From Candidatus Uhrbacteria bacterium (GTDB taxonomy: Bacteria; Patescibacteriota; Patescibacteriia; UBA9934): a stretch of DNA of 52,840 nucleotides. Both the position numbers and the translations under genes were made by a program. Where the stretch lies: assembly GCA_943350635.1 (NCBI GenBank), contig CALRAI010000003.1:1-52840 (forward strand). The letters are read 5' to 3'. The notes beneath the pieces are model-generated. The model was not told the origin of the DNA. It saw only the letters and a list, made by a program, of their open reading frames with translations, and made no database searches. The number at the start of each line of letters is the position of its first letter. Positions within the stretch are counted from its first letter, which is position 1. Shown piece after piece: positions 28,594 through 38,985 of the stretch.

Positions 28594-30108
28594 CAAAGGA
28601 CGATCTGTAGAAATACCGATCGTCTTTTGTATTGAGACTGTCATGTTTAATACTAAATCAAAGGGCTTTTTGAGTTCAAAGGTCAGTTCTCTGTCATCTA
28701 CTTTCGGGTTCTGAATAAGGAAATTCAAGAATGCCCGCTTTTCATGGGTTTCAGAACCATCAAAGATTTCTCGTGCTCGTCGAGCTAAAGAAAGTACCGT
28801 AACGACAGTGGTTTGATAGTCGTAGTTCCCCTTTGAGTGTTCTTCCATTTCGATACCAAGCGTTTGAATACTATCCGTAAGTTCCTGCATCTTTTTGTCG
28901 TAGTCTGCCTTAGTAATACTCTCATCGATAAAGAGGTTGATTAGGCGATCTTTCTGTTTTGTGAGCCGATCGTGTTCGGCTCGGATACGACAAACCTGCG
29001 CCTGATGGAAGGCTATTTCTGCCTCTGTGGTCTTTCTAAGCTCTGCCACGAGGTCTTCCTGTACCTTTTGCTCAATGCTCGCCAAACGGTCAAAAACGGC
29101 GTACACGGGCGTTAAAAGCTTTTTCTCATTGATATACGTCCGTTTACAGGTCTTCTTGGAATTGGTGCAGCTGTAAAGGTTGTATTCCCGTCCACTCTTC
29201 TTCTTTTTGTATTCCGGCGTAATCGAGCAACCACAACGAGCACAATGGAGCAAACCCTGAAAAATATAGTTCCTCGTTGATTTGCTTGGTTCTTTCATTC
29301 TGTTTTCCCGCACCCTTTTGCAACGATCAAACAGTTCTTTGGAAATGAGCTTTTCGTATCTATGGGGGTAGGCTTGATCGTACTTTTTTGAATATGCCAT
29401 TCCGTAGTAGAAGGTATTTTTCAAAACATTTTCAATTGCACTCTTTGAGAGCATATTGCCCTCTCGGCTTTTGAGCCCCGCCTTTGTTATTTCATCTAAT
29501 GTTGTCTGCATTGAGTGATTGCCCGTCGCGTACATTTCAAAAATCTTCACGATCAAGTGAGCTCTCTGAGGATCGGGTACTACGTCTTTATTTCCAATGA
29601 GATCATCCTGATTGATGTATCCGATTATCGCTTGACCCGTAATCTCCCCCTTACGCCTCTTTTGTTCAAACGCGCGTCCGACGTTGTCGCTGATCGCGTC
29701 CGAGTAATACTTCGCCAAACCCAAAGTCATGCTGAACTGAAACTTTTCAGAAGCTGATATTTCGCTATTGATGATTTGACCGTCCGAAATGAAATGAAGT
29801 TCAATTTGACCATTAACAGCCTTGTCGTACAAAGCCGAAACGCGTATATCAAAAACGTTACGCGAAAGTCGATCAACCTTATCAAAACAGACAGCGATCT
29901 TTTCTTTCGTCTGTTCTATGAATTCCAAGATTTTATCGAACTCATCCCGCTTTGTCTTATACGCACTTTCGTCGAATTGAAACGTTTCAACGATCTCAAA
30001 TGCCTTCCTCTTACAATACGCCTGCATACGCTCAATCTGCGCCGGAAGCGAATTCCCAGCCTCGCGTTGCTCTTCGGTTGAAACACGGGCAAGGATTACG
30101 GCTTTCAT
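28552..30108 (-). CDS. Large serine recombinase (integrase)
   Basis: ARVSTEEQ catalytic Ser, DRLSRN, Zn ribbon CARCG...C...C, coiled coil. Last 13 aa (WRDGRDSNPQPLP) are antisense tRNA. Confidence 0.93.
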   Translation of the reverse strand: MKAVILARVSTEEQREAGNSLPAQIERMQAYCKRKAFEIVETFQFDESAYKTKRDEFDKILEFIEQTKEKIAVCFDKVDRLSRNVFDIRVSALYDKAVNGQIELHFISDGQIINSEISASEKFQFSMTLGLAKYYSDAISDNVGRAFEQKRRKGEITGQAIIGYINQDDLIGNKDVVPDPQRAHLIVKIFEMYATGNHSMQTTLDEITKAGLKSREGNMLSKSAIENVLKNTFYYGMAYSKKYDQAYPHRYEKLISKELFDRCKRVRENRMKEPSKSTRNYIFQGLLHCARCGCSITPEYKKKKSGREYNLYSCTNSKKTCKRTYINEKKLLTPVYAVFDRLASIEQKVQEDLVAELRKTTEAEIAFHQAQVCRIRAEHDRLTKQKDRLINLFIDESITKADYDKKMQELTDSIQTLGIEMEEHSKGNYDYQTTVVTVLSLARRAREIFDGSETHEKRAFLNFLIQNPKVDDRELTFELKKPFDLVLNMTVSIQKTIGISTDRPLWRDGRDSNPQPLP

Positions 30109-32411
30109 AGCTGATCAAATCGCTTCCAGCCTGCATTGGTTTTATCGTCTGTATATTTCATTCCGGTAAAAACAAATGTTCCAGTGCGATCGGTGGTAAC
30201 GAGTCCACCAAAAAGGCTCTGTTCGGAATGATCTTTTATATATGCCTGTAGCGCATTCGATTTTACAGTCGCATCTTTCCCGGAAGCGGTGAAGCCGGAT
30301 TTTGTATCAAATACTCCGATAGATCCCCTATCAAAACGCACGATGTAATCGGGATAAAATGCTCGCTCAAAACCCGTGGATTCATCGATGTAAGGAATTG
30401 CAAAATACGAGTCTTTTGATTCTCCATTTTTATACCACCATTCAATAGTTTTTGACGCTTCGAGGATATCCTCAAAAGTCTTTTCTTGAATGGAGCGTTC
30501 CTGATCGAGTAATGCCTTTGTTGGGTGTTGTGCTGATACAACAATGGACTGCTCGCCATTTGCCAGCTCAAATCGCTCGTTAAAATAATCTACTTCCGGA
30601 ACATTCCAATTGTATTTTCGCTTTTTCTGTTTTGCCTGTTTCTCGACTTTATCAATCTCTTTAAACTTGCCCTTTGCACTCTCAATAATTTCGCGAAATA
30701 TCTTCTGGTTAATTTCCGAACAAACCACGATACGTTGGACTTCTAACCTGCTGATCGTTTCGTATCCAAGCTGTTTATCGAACCAGTCATAAATTGCTTG
30801 CTGAATCTTCGTATGGGAACGTACTGGCGCAAACGGTAGTGAGCATACCTTCGCGAATACTTCATACGCGCGCTTAATTTCATCCGGCGATACTGCGAAT
30901 TCCGCGCAACCTGTACCAAGGATTTCTTTTCGCATTTGTTCGTCAATATTCTGGATTATCGCGTCGGAAATAATTACCTTCGTCAATTCTTGCGGCAATA
31001 GATCAAGCTTAATATCAGCTTTGTCTTTCGCTACTCGTTGGTTATCTTCTTCGAGAATACCAAAATACTTATTTGCCTCTTGTTTAAAGAGTCTGCGAAA
31101 TGAAAGGGTAAGATCGCCGTAATCAATTCTGCTTAAATAGATAGAAGCAAGATCAATGGGCTTATAGCTATCTCTACGAACGACACGATGAACTTTGAAA
31201 TATCCTTCGCTTGTACCATCTTGTGCAACGTTTATACGGTCAAGGTTTGTAAATACATATGCTTGGTTCAGGGAATCGTTCTCATAATGTTTTGCTTCTG
31301 GCATTCGCATGATGCGTCCAATGGTTTGAATTTCGAATTGATCGACCTTAATATCACGGAACATTACAAGGATTTGAGCACGAGGGCAGTCCCATCCAAG
31401 TGCGATGGCTTGTTTGAAAATAAGAACATCAACAGGAGAATCATTTTCTGTTATTTCCTCGGTATTATCCTTGCGGTCTGAAAGCCAAACAGCGAGTCTA
31501 CCGTTTTCAACCGTAATTCCATGCTTAGTTTTCAGAATATTTTCTACTTCTTCAAGCTTTGATTGATCGAGCGCGCTTGTAGCTTGAGTATCGCTTGGGA
31601 GCTGAATCAATAGGAGTGGGCGAACATTAGAGCCCTCCGCAATAAAACCAGAACCAAGAGCCTCACGCTTTGCGAGCGAAGCTTCAATAACGACCTCGTC
31701 TGCTGTTTTTCTAAAGTCGCCTAGGCTTCCAAACGCTTCATTAACGATGGTTGCAGATTTAATCATTCCTTCTGAAACAACATCATCGAAACGAATCGAT
31801 ATGAACCCAGCTTCTTCTTGCTCGATCTCTTCGGGGGAAGGAATGACTGATGGAGTAGCAGATACTTCGATGATCAGCTTCGGTGCGATGATACCCTGAA
31901 CAAGCTCCTGTGAACGTTCTGACCAATAATGATAATGACTCTCGTCAACTATTAAGATTATTTCCAAACCAGCCTCTTTGCTATTCGCTACATAGCTTTG
32001 CAGGTTGCGGTTTCCCTCTCCCTCCTTCATGAAAAGATTCTTGAATTCACCTGTTTGTTTATCTTGTTTTGTGAGACTTTCCCAATTGACGAACACGATT
32101 TGATTTTCCTGAAATTGATCATCTGTTATTTCATCAAGCAATGAAAGAACATAACGAGAATCGGCGAGATAGCCCGCAACCTTTTCTTTGCTTTGCAAGT
32201 GAAGATCATTACTTGAAATCCACAGAAAAGCATAGTGATGAGGAAGCTTTGCCAACGTGAGTTGCTTCAAAAATTCAGCGATGACAATTGTCTTACCTGA
32301 CCCCGTCGGTGCTTTAAGCACACAGACACGGCTCCCTTCCTTTTGAAGAAGCGTAGTAGATCGTGCAATTAATTTTGTGACAGCATTTTGCTGATAGCGT
32401 TTGAGAATCAT
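30105..32411 (-). CDS. res: Type III restriction endonuclease Res subunit
   Basis: APTGSGKT, DESH, GWDCPRA, QTIGRIMR; C-terminal YPDYIV...DTK nuclease motif. Confidence 0.9.
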   Translation of the reverse strand: MILKRYQQNAVTKLIARSTTLLQKEGSRVCVLKAPTGSGKTIVIAEFLKQLTLAKLPHHYAFLWISSNDLHLQSKEKVAGYLADSRYVLSLLDEITDDQFQENQIVFVNWESLTKQDKQTGEFKNLFMKEGEGNRNLQSYVANSKEAGLEIILIVDESHYHYWSERSQELVQGIIAPKLIIEVSATPSVIPSPEEIEQEEAGFISIRFDDVVSEGMIKSATIVNEAFGSLGDFRKTADEVVIEASLAKREALGSGFIAEGSNVRPLLLIQLPSDTQATSALDQSKLEEVENILKTKHGITVENGRLAVWLSDRKDNTEEITENDSPVDVLIFKQAIALGWDCPRAQILVMFRDIKVDQFEIQTIGRIMRMPEAKHYENDSLNQAYVFTNLDRINVAQDGTSEGYFKVHRVVRRDSYKPIDLASIYLSRIDYGDLTLSFRRLFKQEANKYFGILEEDNQRVAKDKADIKLDLLPQELTKVIISDAIIQNIDEQMRKEILGTGCAEFAVSPDEIKRAYEVFAKVCSLPFAPVRSHTKIQQAIYDWFDKQLGYETISRLEVQRIVVCSEINQKIFREIIESAKGKFKEIDKVEKQAKQKKRKYNWNVPEVDYFNERFELANGEQSIVVSAQHPTKALLDQERSIQEKTFEDILEASKTIEWWYKNGESKDSYFAIPYIDESTGFERAFYPDYIVRFDRGSIGVFDTKSGFTASGKDATVKSNALQAYIKDHSEQSLFGGLVTTDRTGTFVFTGMKYTDDKTNAGWKRFDQL

Positions 32412-32412
32412 A

Positions 32413-34086
32413 TTAATCGCAGATTTTTCGATAAACCTCTAAGATTGCCTCCGGAATTGGACACAGCGTATGTTTCACGGAGAGATCTTCAAAATCTTCG
32501 CTAAATACATCGTCGGTCAGCGTGAATATATACAAGTGCGCCGGAAGCTTTAATGCATCAATTCTTTGTTTGAATACATCTACTTCGTCAAGATCAAATA
32601 GGATTCCAGTTGCAACCTTTCCATTCGTAAAGATTTTGTACTCCTGATTGTCTGCCTTCTTTGTAAACGCATTTTCTCTAACACAAATCATTTCCGTTGA
32701 CCGTCTTACAAGCGTCTTTCTCGTATCATCAGATGCTTCTGATTTGGGAATAAAAACTGTTTTGAAGTAACGAAGATTACTTGGAATGCCTTTTTCGTCG
32801 GAGTAACCCTCTATAGATTTTTTAATTCGAGGGTATGTTACTTCTTCGGCAATCCCGTTTTCATTGTTTGTTACAAGAATAAATTGGCGAGATCCCTCAT
32901 CCTCTTCGTTTAATTTCATTACCGCATGTCCAGTCGTTCCAGATCCGGCAAAATAATCCAATACAATTGCATTTCTATTGTTAGCTATTACAGCGTGTAG
33001 GCATTCTCTGACGAGGTGAAGGGATTTTGGAAATGAAAAATCACAATTTGGAAGAATCTCTCGCAAAAGCTTTGTTCCATGTAATGAGCCATTATATTCC
33101 GGTTCAGTCCAAACGGTTTTATATTTCTCGTACTCTTTGTAGATTTCAATCTCAAAACCTTCATCAATCTTTTTTGGTTTCAAAATATCTAAAATGTCTT
33201 CTACGCTCTGTCTAGCGTATCTCCATTTTCTTTCTAGTCCTTTTACATCAATTGGCCACACTTCATAAATATCATCGTCGCGCTTGACGGTTTGAGCTTT
33301 TGGATGGAAATCATTGTTTGGCACTTCGCCTAATCCGATAATTTGACCATCTTTAATCAAAAAAGGATAAAAACAATTCTTTGCATCTGTCCTCATCGAC
33401 TCTCCGCCCTTATCGCGAAGATTAAGGTTTGCCTTTGAGTAAGTTTTACGTTTCTTTTCTTGAATTATATTTTTCCCCGTAGGAATGACGTAATAGGCAT
33501 ACTCATGTGTGTATGAAAAGTTTTTACCCTGTACACCTCGCGGGTTATGTATAACGGTTATTGAGTGAAGTTCTTTATTGGGGAACATTTCTTCAAGCAT
33601 TACTCCGAGGTGAGCGTGTTCATTTTCATCAATCGCGCAAATAAGCACGCCATCACTTTTAAGGAGTTTCTTCGCGAGTAAGAGACGGTTGTGCATCATC
33701 GATAACCACTTGCTGTGCCGGAATGTGTCGTTGATATCAACGTAATCATTGTTGTACTTCCAGTCTCTCGCGCCAGTGTTATATGGCGGATCGATATAGA
33801 TCACATCTACTTTCCCCGCATGAGTAAAACTCAATACCGAAAGCGCGTGATAATTATCACCCTCAATAATAAGATTTGTTGGTTGGTCTGGAGCTTCTTC
33901 AATTGCACGTTCTTTCACTTCTTCCAATACAGGCAATTCCGATTTACAAAGCGAAATAACGTTTTCTGGTTTACTTTCCCAAACCAGCCCGTATTTTTTT
34001 CGTTTTTTTAGCGTCTTCACAAGATCAACGAGCTCTTCGCGTGAAAGATCCTCGATCTGCTTCTTTTTTATGGCATTTACTTTCAT
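32413..34086 (-). CDS. mod: Type III N6-adenine DNA methyltransferase Mod subunit
   Basis: IEGDN, IDPPYNTG, then LDYFAGSGTTG (beta-class order). Confidence 0.92.
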   Translation of the reverse strand: MKVNAIKKKQIEDLSREELVDLVKTLKKRKKYGLVWESKPENVISLCKSELPVLEEVKERAIEEAPDQPTNLIIEGDNYHALSVLSFTHAGKVDVIYIDPPYNTGARDWKYNNDYVDINDTFRHSKWLSMMHNRLLLAKKLLKSDGVLICAIDENEHAHLGVMLEEMFPNKELHSITVIHNPRGVQGKNFSYTHEYAYYVIPTGKNIIQEKKRKTYSKANLNLRDKGGESMRTDAKNCFYPFLIKDGQIIGLGEVPNNDFHPKAQTVKRDDDIYEVWPIDVKGLERKWRYARQSVEDILDILKPKKIDEGFEIEIYKEYEKYKTVWTEPEYNGSLHGTKLLREILPNCDFSFPKSLHLVRECLHAVIANNRNAIVLDYFAGSGTTGHAVMKLNEEDEGSRQFILVTNNENGIAEEVTYPRIKKSIEGYSDEKGIPSNLRYFKTVFIPKSEASDDTRKTLVRRSTEMICVRENAFTKKADNQEYKIFTNGKVATGILFDLDEVDVFKQRIDALKLPAHLYIFTLTDDVFSEDFEDLSVKHTLCPIPEAILEVYRKICD

Positions 34087-34265
34087 AGCTTGGTATTTGT
34101 TTCTCTTAGAAGTCGCTCAAATTCGCCTTTAGGAATTCGAAATTCTTTGCCGATTTTATGAGCCTGTAATTTTCCTGATTTGATGTACCGATAAATCGTC
34201 ATGATGTTTACCTCCAACACCTTCGATAGATCTTCTGCTGTGTAGAACTCTTTTTCTGCGTTCAT
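34083..34265 (-). CDS. Excisionase-like HTH DNA-binding protein
   Basis: YTAEDLSKVLEVNIMTIYRYIKSGKLQAHKIGKEFRI. Confidence 0.85.
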   Translation of the reverse strand: MNAEKEFYTAEDLSKVLEVNIMTIYRYIKSGKLQAHKIGKEFRIPKGEFERLLRETNTKL

Positions 34266-34448
34266 ATTGTTTATGATGAGATTATTATACTTTACTTTTC
34301 TTTACACTACTACTTTGCGGAGTGGACAGATTTTGCTTACGAGAAGCTAACGCACGTTTAACGTTTTCTGATATCGCATCCGAGTAGGCTTGTGCGTATG
34401 CTTTTGTGACTGCGATGTGAAACTTTTCCACTGGGGTCAATTCGGTTT

Positions 34449-35573
34449 TCATAATGAAATTTTATAGGGTTTGTATTCTTTGAGTACCATATCGATCTGT
34501 TCGACCCAGTCACGAATCCGATCTTGGGGGATGGTCTTTGCAAAAGCGCGATGTTCCTCCATGATCCTCCCCCATGTACGATCTTTTGCCGTCTTCGAAA
34601 CAATACTTCGAAGTTCTCCGAGTCCGTTTCCTTCCGTTGCCAAGGCAGAAAGGCCAATGAGAAATATCGCTTGCTTTGGCTTTATTCGGGGCTGAGATCT
34701 GTAGATTTCTCGAAGTAGATCCTTGTTGCTTCTTGAAAGCGTGAACAGTCCGTTATTTCTTGCATTGATGATCTTTTTCCAATAGTACAAGACGACTTTT
34801 CGGCTTACGTCGTTTTTGAACATTTGCTTGAACGTAAAATCGTTTTCTTGCACCAATGTTTTGAAGAGACTCTTCATCTTTACTCTTTTGCACAAGCGAA
34901 TCTCGAATCGCAAGATCTCGATAAGCTCCTTTCGCTCTTTAAATTCTTTGAAAAGGTCGATCTGACGTGGCGTTTGATCCCTATCTATTGCACGTTTCTT
35001 TCCTTTATTCAGATCCGCGACCTTGTCGTAAATAACCAATTCGTGAGCGTCGGTGTGAGCACATAGGCTTTGTCCGTCATTGATGAATCGGGCACGTGAA
35101 AAGTCGAAGCTCTTTCGGAGATCGATCTTTCCAATCTCAGATATTAGGTGGATCGCGGTATGCCCGTTGGTGAGTAGGATATTTTTTGAGTAATGGATCG
35201 CGGATACTTTGGCGTTTTCAATAGAATGCTGAAATATTCTTACGCCTACATGTTTCAACCGTTCTGCAAGCGTTTCCACGATACGACCAAAATCTCCGTC
35301 GATAAGCTCTTCGAGGTTGTTACCGTATATAAGTTTTGGAGCTGAGAATTCAATTTTTACATTCTGTAAAATGTCACCCTTTAGTTTTCGTTTGTATAGC
35401 GTCACTCGCGGAAAGTACATACCACTGGTCTTGTCTGCTTTCGTCGGATTACGAACAAACCTTTGGTAGTCTTTCGTTCTGGCCTGTAAATCCCAATCGG
35501 GGATCTCGGTATTGTTCTTGTCGAGAAAAGTACACTCATTCAATGGAACCAGTAAGCAGACGGTGTCGATCAT
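34449..35573 (-). CDS. Putative phage/plasmid replication initiator (gene II/X-like, rolling-circle)
   Basis: MIDTV start, IEFSAPKLIYGNN, VIYDKVAD, ILRFEIRL motifs; located in a mobile element. Confidence 0.6.
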   Translation of the reverse strand: MIDTVCLLVPLNECTFLDKNNTEIPDWDLQARTKDYQRFVRNPTKADKTSGMYFPRVTLYKRKLKGDILQNVKIEFSAPKLIYGNNLEELIDGDFGRIVETLAERLKHVGVRIFQHSIENAKVSAIHYSKNILLTNGHTAIHLISEIGKIDLRKSFDFSRARFINDGQSLCAHTDAHELVIYDKVADLNKGKKRAIDRDQTPRQIDLFKEFKERKELIEILRFEIRLCKRVKMKSLFKTLVQENDFTFKQMFKNDVSRKVVLYYWKKIINARNNGLFTLSRSNKDLLREIYRSQPRIKPKQAIFLIGLSALATEGNGLGELRSIVSKTAKDRTWGRIMEEHRAFAKTIPQDRIRDWVEQIDMVLKEYKPYKISL

Positions 35574-35710
35574 AAATTTGCTTTAGCTTTTAATCGCGTG
35601 TCTACCTCCAAAAGCAACGCAAAGAGTCCAACCAGATTTTCTTTCTCTGGAAGTTTATCGAGCCCATTGGGGGAACTCATGATTGATTCTTTATTGTCAC
35701 CTTTAAACAT
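35570..35710 (-). CDS. 46-aa small protein coupled to rep (absent from the ORF track)
   Basis: MFKGDNKESIMSSPNGLDKLPEKENLVGLFALLLEVDTRLKAKANL; its TGA overlaps the rep ATG (ATGA). Confidence 0.55.
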   Translation of the reverse strand: MFKGDNKESIMSSPNGLDKLPEKENLVGLFALLLEVDTRLKAKANL

Positions 35711-35763
35711 ACGCTGGTAGCTTGATGCGGCCAGCGTAGTAATTCTTTACTTGCGTGTATAAG

Positions 35764-35804
35764 AAAAAAGTGAGGTACAGAATTAATCTGTACCTCACTT
35801 TTTT
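35764..35804. repeat. Perfect 18-bp inverted repeat (terminator, operator or origin)
   Basis: aaaaaagtgaggtacaga-attaa-tctgtacctcactttttt. Confidence 0.7.
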
Positions 35805-36658
35805 TCACGTTTTTTCTTTTCGAGCGAAATGATCTTTCCTATACCTCCGATATCGACATCTGGATAGTTTTTACCTTGGAGAAGTTTACTTATTTCTCGC
35901 CCTGATTTCTCGCGATTTTGGTAAATAATCTCATTCCGTTCAAGGATCTTCTGGTTTGTCTTTGTTTTAGCGAAGGTTAAGCTAGATTTACCGTGATATC
36001 GATTTTGTAGAGCTTTTATGTGTTTCCAATTTTTTTGGATGTAATCGATCACGTCACGTTGGCTGGCGGATTCGCTTATGTTAAGCGATATTGGATATTT
36101 CTTTACAGAATCCTTCATCCAGTGAATATGCATATTAGATAGGATTTCAACCATATGTTGATCAAGGACAAAATCTGCGTCCAGCCTCCCTTCTTTATTT
36201 AAAAATTTACTTATCTGTTTTTGAAAAGAAAAGTCCGGAAAAGCATCCTCAAAATCCTTACGCGCATCAGAGATGTTACAAAGATTTTCTAGTCTAAATA
36301 ATTTTGAATATTGTGAGATTTCGTCAAAAAGAAAAAGGTTGTAGTAAATATAACAGCGAACAACTTGTTCGATATAGCTAGTACAGAAAGGCAACTTAAT
36401 TGTGATTCGTTTAATGGCATCATCCATTTCCTTAAAATAGGCTGGGATATCTTCGGGATATTTCCCTCGAAGGGAAGTCGGCGTATAAATCGAAAAATAA
36501 AAACGTGATCGATCTTCCTCTGACATTACAAGACCATTTTCAGGAATTCCGATAGCTTTTCTAATTCCAAATACTTCTGATGTGAATTCATGAGTCACGA
36601 TCAGCTTTTTAAATTCTGTGAGAATCTTCTTTTCTCCTTGTGTTTGTTTAGATTCCAT
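35795..36658 (-). CDS. Hypothetical protein with possible C-terminal HTH
   Basis: 287-aa AT-rich ORF; basic tail KSGREISKLL...IGKIISLEKKKR. Confidence 0.7.
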   Translation of the reverse strand: MESKQTQGEKKILTEFKKLIVTHEFTSEVFGIRKAIGIPENGLVMSEEDRSRFYFSIYTPTSLRGKYPEDIPAYFKEMDDAIKRITIKLPFCTSYIEQVVRCYIYYNLFLFDEISQYSKLFRLENLCNISDARKDFEDAFPDFSFQKQISKFLNKEGRLDADFVLDQHMVEILSNMHIHWMKDSVKKYPISLNISESASQRDVIDYIQKNWKHIKALQNRYHGKSSLTFAKTKTNQKILERNEIIYQNREKSGREISKLLQGKNYPDVDIGGIGKIISLEKKKREKK

Positions 36659-36702
36659 TTTTATACTTTACGTTACTCGGTAATGAATAGTAAAGTATGT
36701 GC

Positions 36703-38187
36703 ATGTTAATCACAAAAACCGATTACCTCGAATACACCTTTTGCCGAAAGAATCTTTGGCTTAGGAAACACAAACCCGAATTATTCGAGAATGTTGAGTT
36801 TAGCGATTTCGAGAAGAAGATCATTGAAGATGGAAACCTTGCCGAATCGGCGTGCCGGAAGCTATTCCCCGAAGGCATACTGATTGAATCTTCCGGCAAA
36901 CAGGCTATCGCGGAAACAAAAATGGAGATTGATTCGGACAAACAAACGCTCTTTCAAGCCACATTTCAGGATGATGTGTTCTTTATTCGCGCCGATATTC
37001 TCCGATACTCCCCCGAACTTCATGGCTGGGAGCTTTTTGAGGTAAAGGCAACGAATGAGGTGAAGCGTAAGGTGCCGCACCATCACGTCAACGACTTGGC
37101 ATTTCAAAAAATCATCATAGAACGGTGTGGATTGAAGATCGTCAAAGCATCTGTAATCCATCTGAACCGCGAATACGTGAAGCATGGAGCCGTGAATTTC
37201 CATGAGCTTTTCGTCTACGCTGATCTCACGGGGGAGGTCATCGAGGCAGAAATACAAGTGAAGCAGGAAATGGAAGATGCAAAGGCATACCTAAACTCCC
37301 CCGAAGAGAAAGGCTGTTTGTGTATTTACGAAGGGCGATCAAATCATTGCTCAACCTTTCCGTATTCCAACCCCGAAGTACCCGAATATTCAGTTCATGA
37401 TTTCAACCGTATCGGCATGAGTAAAAAAAAGCTTATTGACTGGATAGACAAGGGGGAGCTGTCTTTTGCCGACATTCAGAACCCAGAAGCTCTCAATGAT
37501 GCTCAACGACGGCAATACGACGCGCATACACTAAGCCGATCTATCGTCGATAAAGACGCGATTCACGACGTGCTGAATGATTTAGTCTTTCCGTTGCAAT
37601 TCTTCGATTATGAAGGCTATTCCAGCGCAATGCCTCTGTTCGACGGTTTTGGCGCATACGAACAAGTGCCGTTTCAGTATTCGCTTCACATTCTGCATGA
37701 AGATGGCACAATCGATCACAAAGAATTCCTTATCACAGAACCGTCGAGCGACTTGACGCTTCCGCTTATCGAGCGCATGAAAACGGATATTGATCCCAAG
37801 GGAACCGTCATTTCTTGGTACAAATCCTATGAATCTCAGCGGAACGACAAGCTCGCGGAGCTTCATCCGGAATACGCGCCATTTCTCAAAGAACTGAATG
37901 ACAAGATGTTCGACTTGATGACGATCTTTTCCGACGGTTATTACGTCGATCGGGCGTTCAAAGGGAGTGCGAGTATCAAGAAGGTATTACCTGTGGTCGT
38001 TCCGTCGCTATCGTATAAAACAATGAACATTCACGAAGGGAGCCAAGCGAGCGAACGTTGGGAAAAACTGATTTCAGCGAAAACATCCCAAGCCGAAAAA
38101 GACAAAATCGCCAAAGACTTACTCGAATACTGCAAGCTGGATACATGGGCGATGGTGGAAATCTATCGATTCCTCAAAACACTCTAA
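36703..38187 (+). CDS. DUF2779-type protein: PD-(D/E)xK nuclease plus RNase H-like exonuclease domain
   Basis: ADILR...LFEVKAT; FFDYEG...QVPFQYSLH...SIKKVLP...YCKLDTWAM. Confidence 0.8.
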   Translation: MLITKTDYLEYTFCRKNLWLRKHKPELFENVEFSDFEKKIIEDGNLAESACRKLFPEGILIESSGKQAIAETKMEIDSDKQTLFQATFQDDVFFIRADILRYSPELHGWELFEVKATNEVKRKVPHHHVNDLAFQKIIIERCGLKIVKASVIHLNREYVKHGAVNFHELFVYADLTGEVIEAEIQVKQEMEDAKAYLNSPEEKGCLCIYEGRSNHCSTFPYSNPEVPEYSVHDFNRIGMSKKKLIDWIDKGELSFADIQNPEALNDAQRRQYDAHTLSRSIVDKDAIHDVLNDLVFPLQFFDYEGYSSAMPLFDGFGAYEQVPFQYSLHILHEDGTIDHKEFLITEPSSDLTLPLIERMKTDIDPKGTVISWYKSYESQRNDKLAELHPEYAPFLKELNDKMFDLMTIFSDGYYVDRAFKGSASIKKVLPVVVPSLSYKTMNIHEGSQASERWEKLISAKTSQAEKDKIAKDLLEYCKLDTWAMVEIYRFLKTL

Positions 38188-38189
38188 AT

Positions 38190-38873
38190 ATGATTCTTCC
38201 ATTTCTTCGCAAAGTGCTCGATGAGAATGGATTGTTTCATGGCAAGTTGCCCGAAGAATACGATCGAGAAGTTGTTGTCAGACTCATCGACTGGGTCAAA
38301 CAGGATTCGCCCGATACGGAAGAGATGAAAGAGCGAATCTCCGAAGAACAGCTTTCTATTCCGGAGGAATATCAACCCTATTTTCAAAACTACGATTCGT
38401 GTTATGCGTTTCTCCAACTTGCACGTTTAGAGTCCGAATCGTCGAGTTATTATTTTCCTTGGAGGAAACATTGCACGCCCGAACAGAAAGAGTGGGTGGA
38501 AAGTTGGTTTGTATTCAACGACGATGGACAATTGAATCTCGTCGAATCAGCGAAGAAACTTCGGGCTGATGAGGATCGGGGTCATCAAGCTGAAAAAGGT
38601 GAAGACATCCGAAAAGAGGTTCAATCCATGTTTGATTACTTTGGTTATTCAACAATTGAAATGGAGATATATGCTGCCGCCTATTCCATTCTCGGAGGAA
38701 CAGCGGAAGAAATCGTGCAAAAGGTCGGGGAAGATTCCCCGAGAGTGTACTTTTATCTGACAAAGCTCATACGCGATGGGTTTCTTATTGAGGCGTACAG
38801 GGATAAGACGCGAATCTATATTCCGATTACGATTCGTAAACTTTCTGTAAGGATGGGTGGTCTGGTGATTTAA
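38190..38873 (+). CDS. Hypothetical protein with C-terminal TrmB-like winged helix
   Basis: FGYSTIEMEIY...TAEEIVQKVG..SPRVYFYLTKLIRDGFL; starts 2 bp after the DUF2779 gene. Confidence 0.65.
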   Translation: MILPFLRKVLDENGLFHGKLPEEYDREVVVRLIDWVKQDSPDTEEMKERISEEQLSIPEEYQPYFQNYDSCYAFLQLARLESESSSYYFPWRKHCTPEQKEWVESWFVFNDDGQLNLVESAKKLRADEDRGHQAEKGEDIRKEVQSMFDYFGYSTIEMEIYAAAYSILGGTAEEIVQKVGEDSPRVYFYLTKLIRDGFLIEAYRDKTRIYIPITIRKLSVRMGGLVI

Positions 38874-38985
38874 CAATTTTTCGGTAATACATTGATAGAA
38901 TCTATCATTCTTTGCTTTGTTGGAAGGACCTGATAAAGTCTCCATTCATAACGGTAAAAATTGGATCTGGTATTATTAAGGCAAT

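Noticed and set aside
28319-28714. 131-aa plus-strand ORF
   Set aside because: Runs through tRNA-Asp and antisense to the integrase; spurious.
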